Positions 63,305-64,000 of a stretch of 64,000 bases of DNA are shown piece by piece. The stretch's first letter is position 1; each line of letters begins with the position of its first letter. A program made the position numbers and the translations under genes. This DNA comes from Squalus acanthias (Eukaryota), in NCBI GenBank assembly GCA_030390025.1, contig CM059446.1, positions 13,888,001 through 13,952,000 on the forward strand, in the 5' to 3' direction. The notes beneath the pieces were generated by a model. That model was not told where the DNA came from. It saw nothing but the letters and a program-made list of their open reading frames with translations, and made no database searches.

Positions 63305-64000
63305 TAGAGTAACCATACGTCCCCGTTTTCCAGGGACAGTCCCTGGATGAGGTACTGTGCCCCTGAGCAAACAATGTCCCCGGAAAATTCCCCGGTTCAC
63401 AAAACTCGTCCCTGAAGTGTACCCCTGGGCAGTTAGAGCACCCCCTAAGTGGTCAGTTTGTGGCTCTAAGGCTAAATTAAACAATAACTTGCACAATGGC
63501 CAGAGTGACCCACTGCGCACGCGCGACTGGGCTGTCTTCCTGCGCATGTGCCAGTTGTTGTTTCTGAGTATCCAGCCGAGCTCGTGCTGCTGGAGTGTCG
63601 GCGCTGGAAGTGCTGAGAGTGGCAACCGGAGCGGGTGAGGGAGAGGCTGTGGGGGGCGGGCCCGGTCACAGTCACCAGGGGAAGGACGGGGGCGGGCTAA
63701 TCCTAGACGCTGTGGAGGGTCAGGTGTGACATCAGTCATGGGGGGGGGAGGGGGCGGCAGTGGGTCAGGTGTGACATCAGTCATGGGGGGGGGGAGGGGG
63801 CGGCAGTGGTTCAGGTGTGACATCAGTCATGGGGGGGAGGGGGGATAGTGGGTCAGGTGTGACTTCAGTCACTGGTGGGTGGTCAGGTGAGAGCTCAGTC
63901 ACCGGGGGGGGGGGGGAGCTAGATGTGACCTCAGTCACTGGATGAGGGTGTCTGAATGCGCTTCAATAGTGTGACCTCACATCCGCGGCAATTAAATGCA
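63305..64000. mobile_element. Left end of a hAT (Blackjack/MER81-MER94-like) element, probably extending past the window
   Basis: tagagtaaccatacgtccccgttttccagggacagtccc resembles TAGGGTGACCA..GTCCCG..GGGACAGTCCC termini; subterminal gtccc repeats; second TIR not in the window. Confidence 0.65.
63717..63940. repeat. G-rich tandem repeat, about 44-bp unit, about 6 increasingly degenerate copies
   Basis: ggtcaggtgtgacatcagtcat(g)n agggggcggcagtg repeated. Confidence 0.92.

Overview
Eukaryotic genomic DNA, not prokaryotic. The repeat inventory points to a cartilaginous fish, probably a shark (inference): Deu-domain SacSINE1-like SINEs, HER1-like CR1 LINEs, L2, Penelope-like elements and many small TIR elements. 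The window is mostly intronic or intergenic, and nearly all ORF-track entries are chance ORFs or transposon fragments. Main contents: (1) a nested transposon stack at about 6.8-17.5 kb, with old L1 and CR1 remnants, a younger CR1, and a complete but decayed Ty3/Gypsy element with both LTRs, PPT and a perfect TTGAT target-site duplication (TSD); (2) a Penelope-like element with an open GIY-YIG endonuclease frame and a minimal hammerhead ribozyme, plus a second hammerhead-bearing Penelope terminal-repeat insertion at 52.2-52.5 kb; (3) hAT-like and Harbinger-like MITEs, some carrying minisatellites or conserved hairpins; (4) two or three candidate terminal coding exons of an unidentified + strand host gene ending near 19.8 kb. 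The most unusual signal is that two unrelated retroelement insertions (CR1 at 16.5-17.0 kb, Penelope at 52.2-52.5 kb) each contain an inverted copy of their own element-target junction, suggesting snap-back copying during reverse transcription. All identities are by-eye estimates; no database searches were run.
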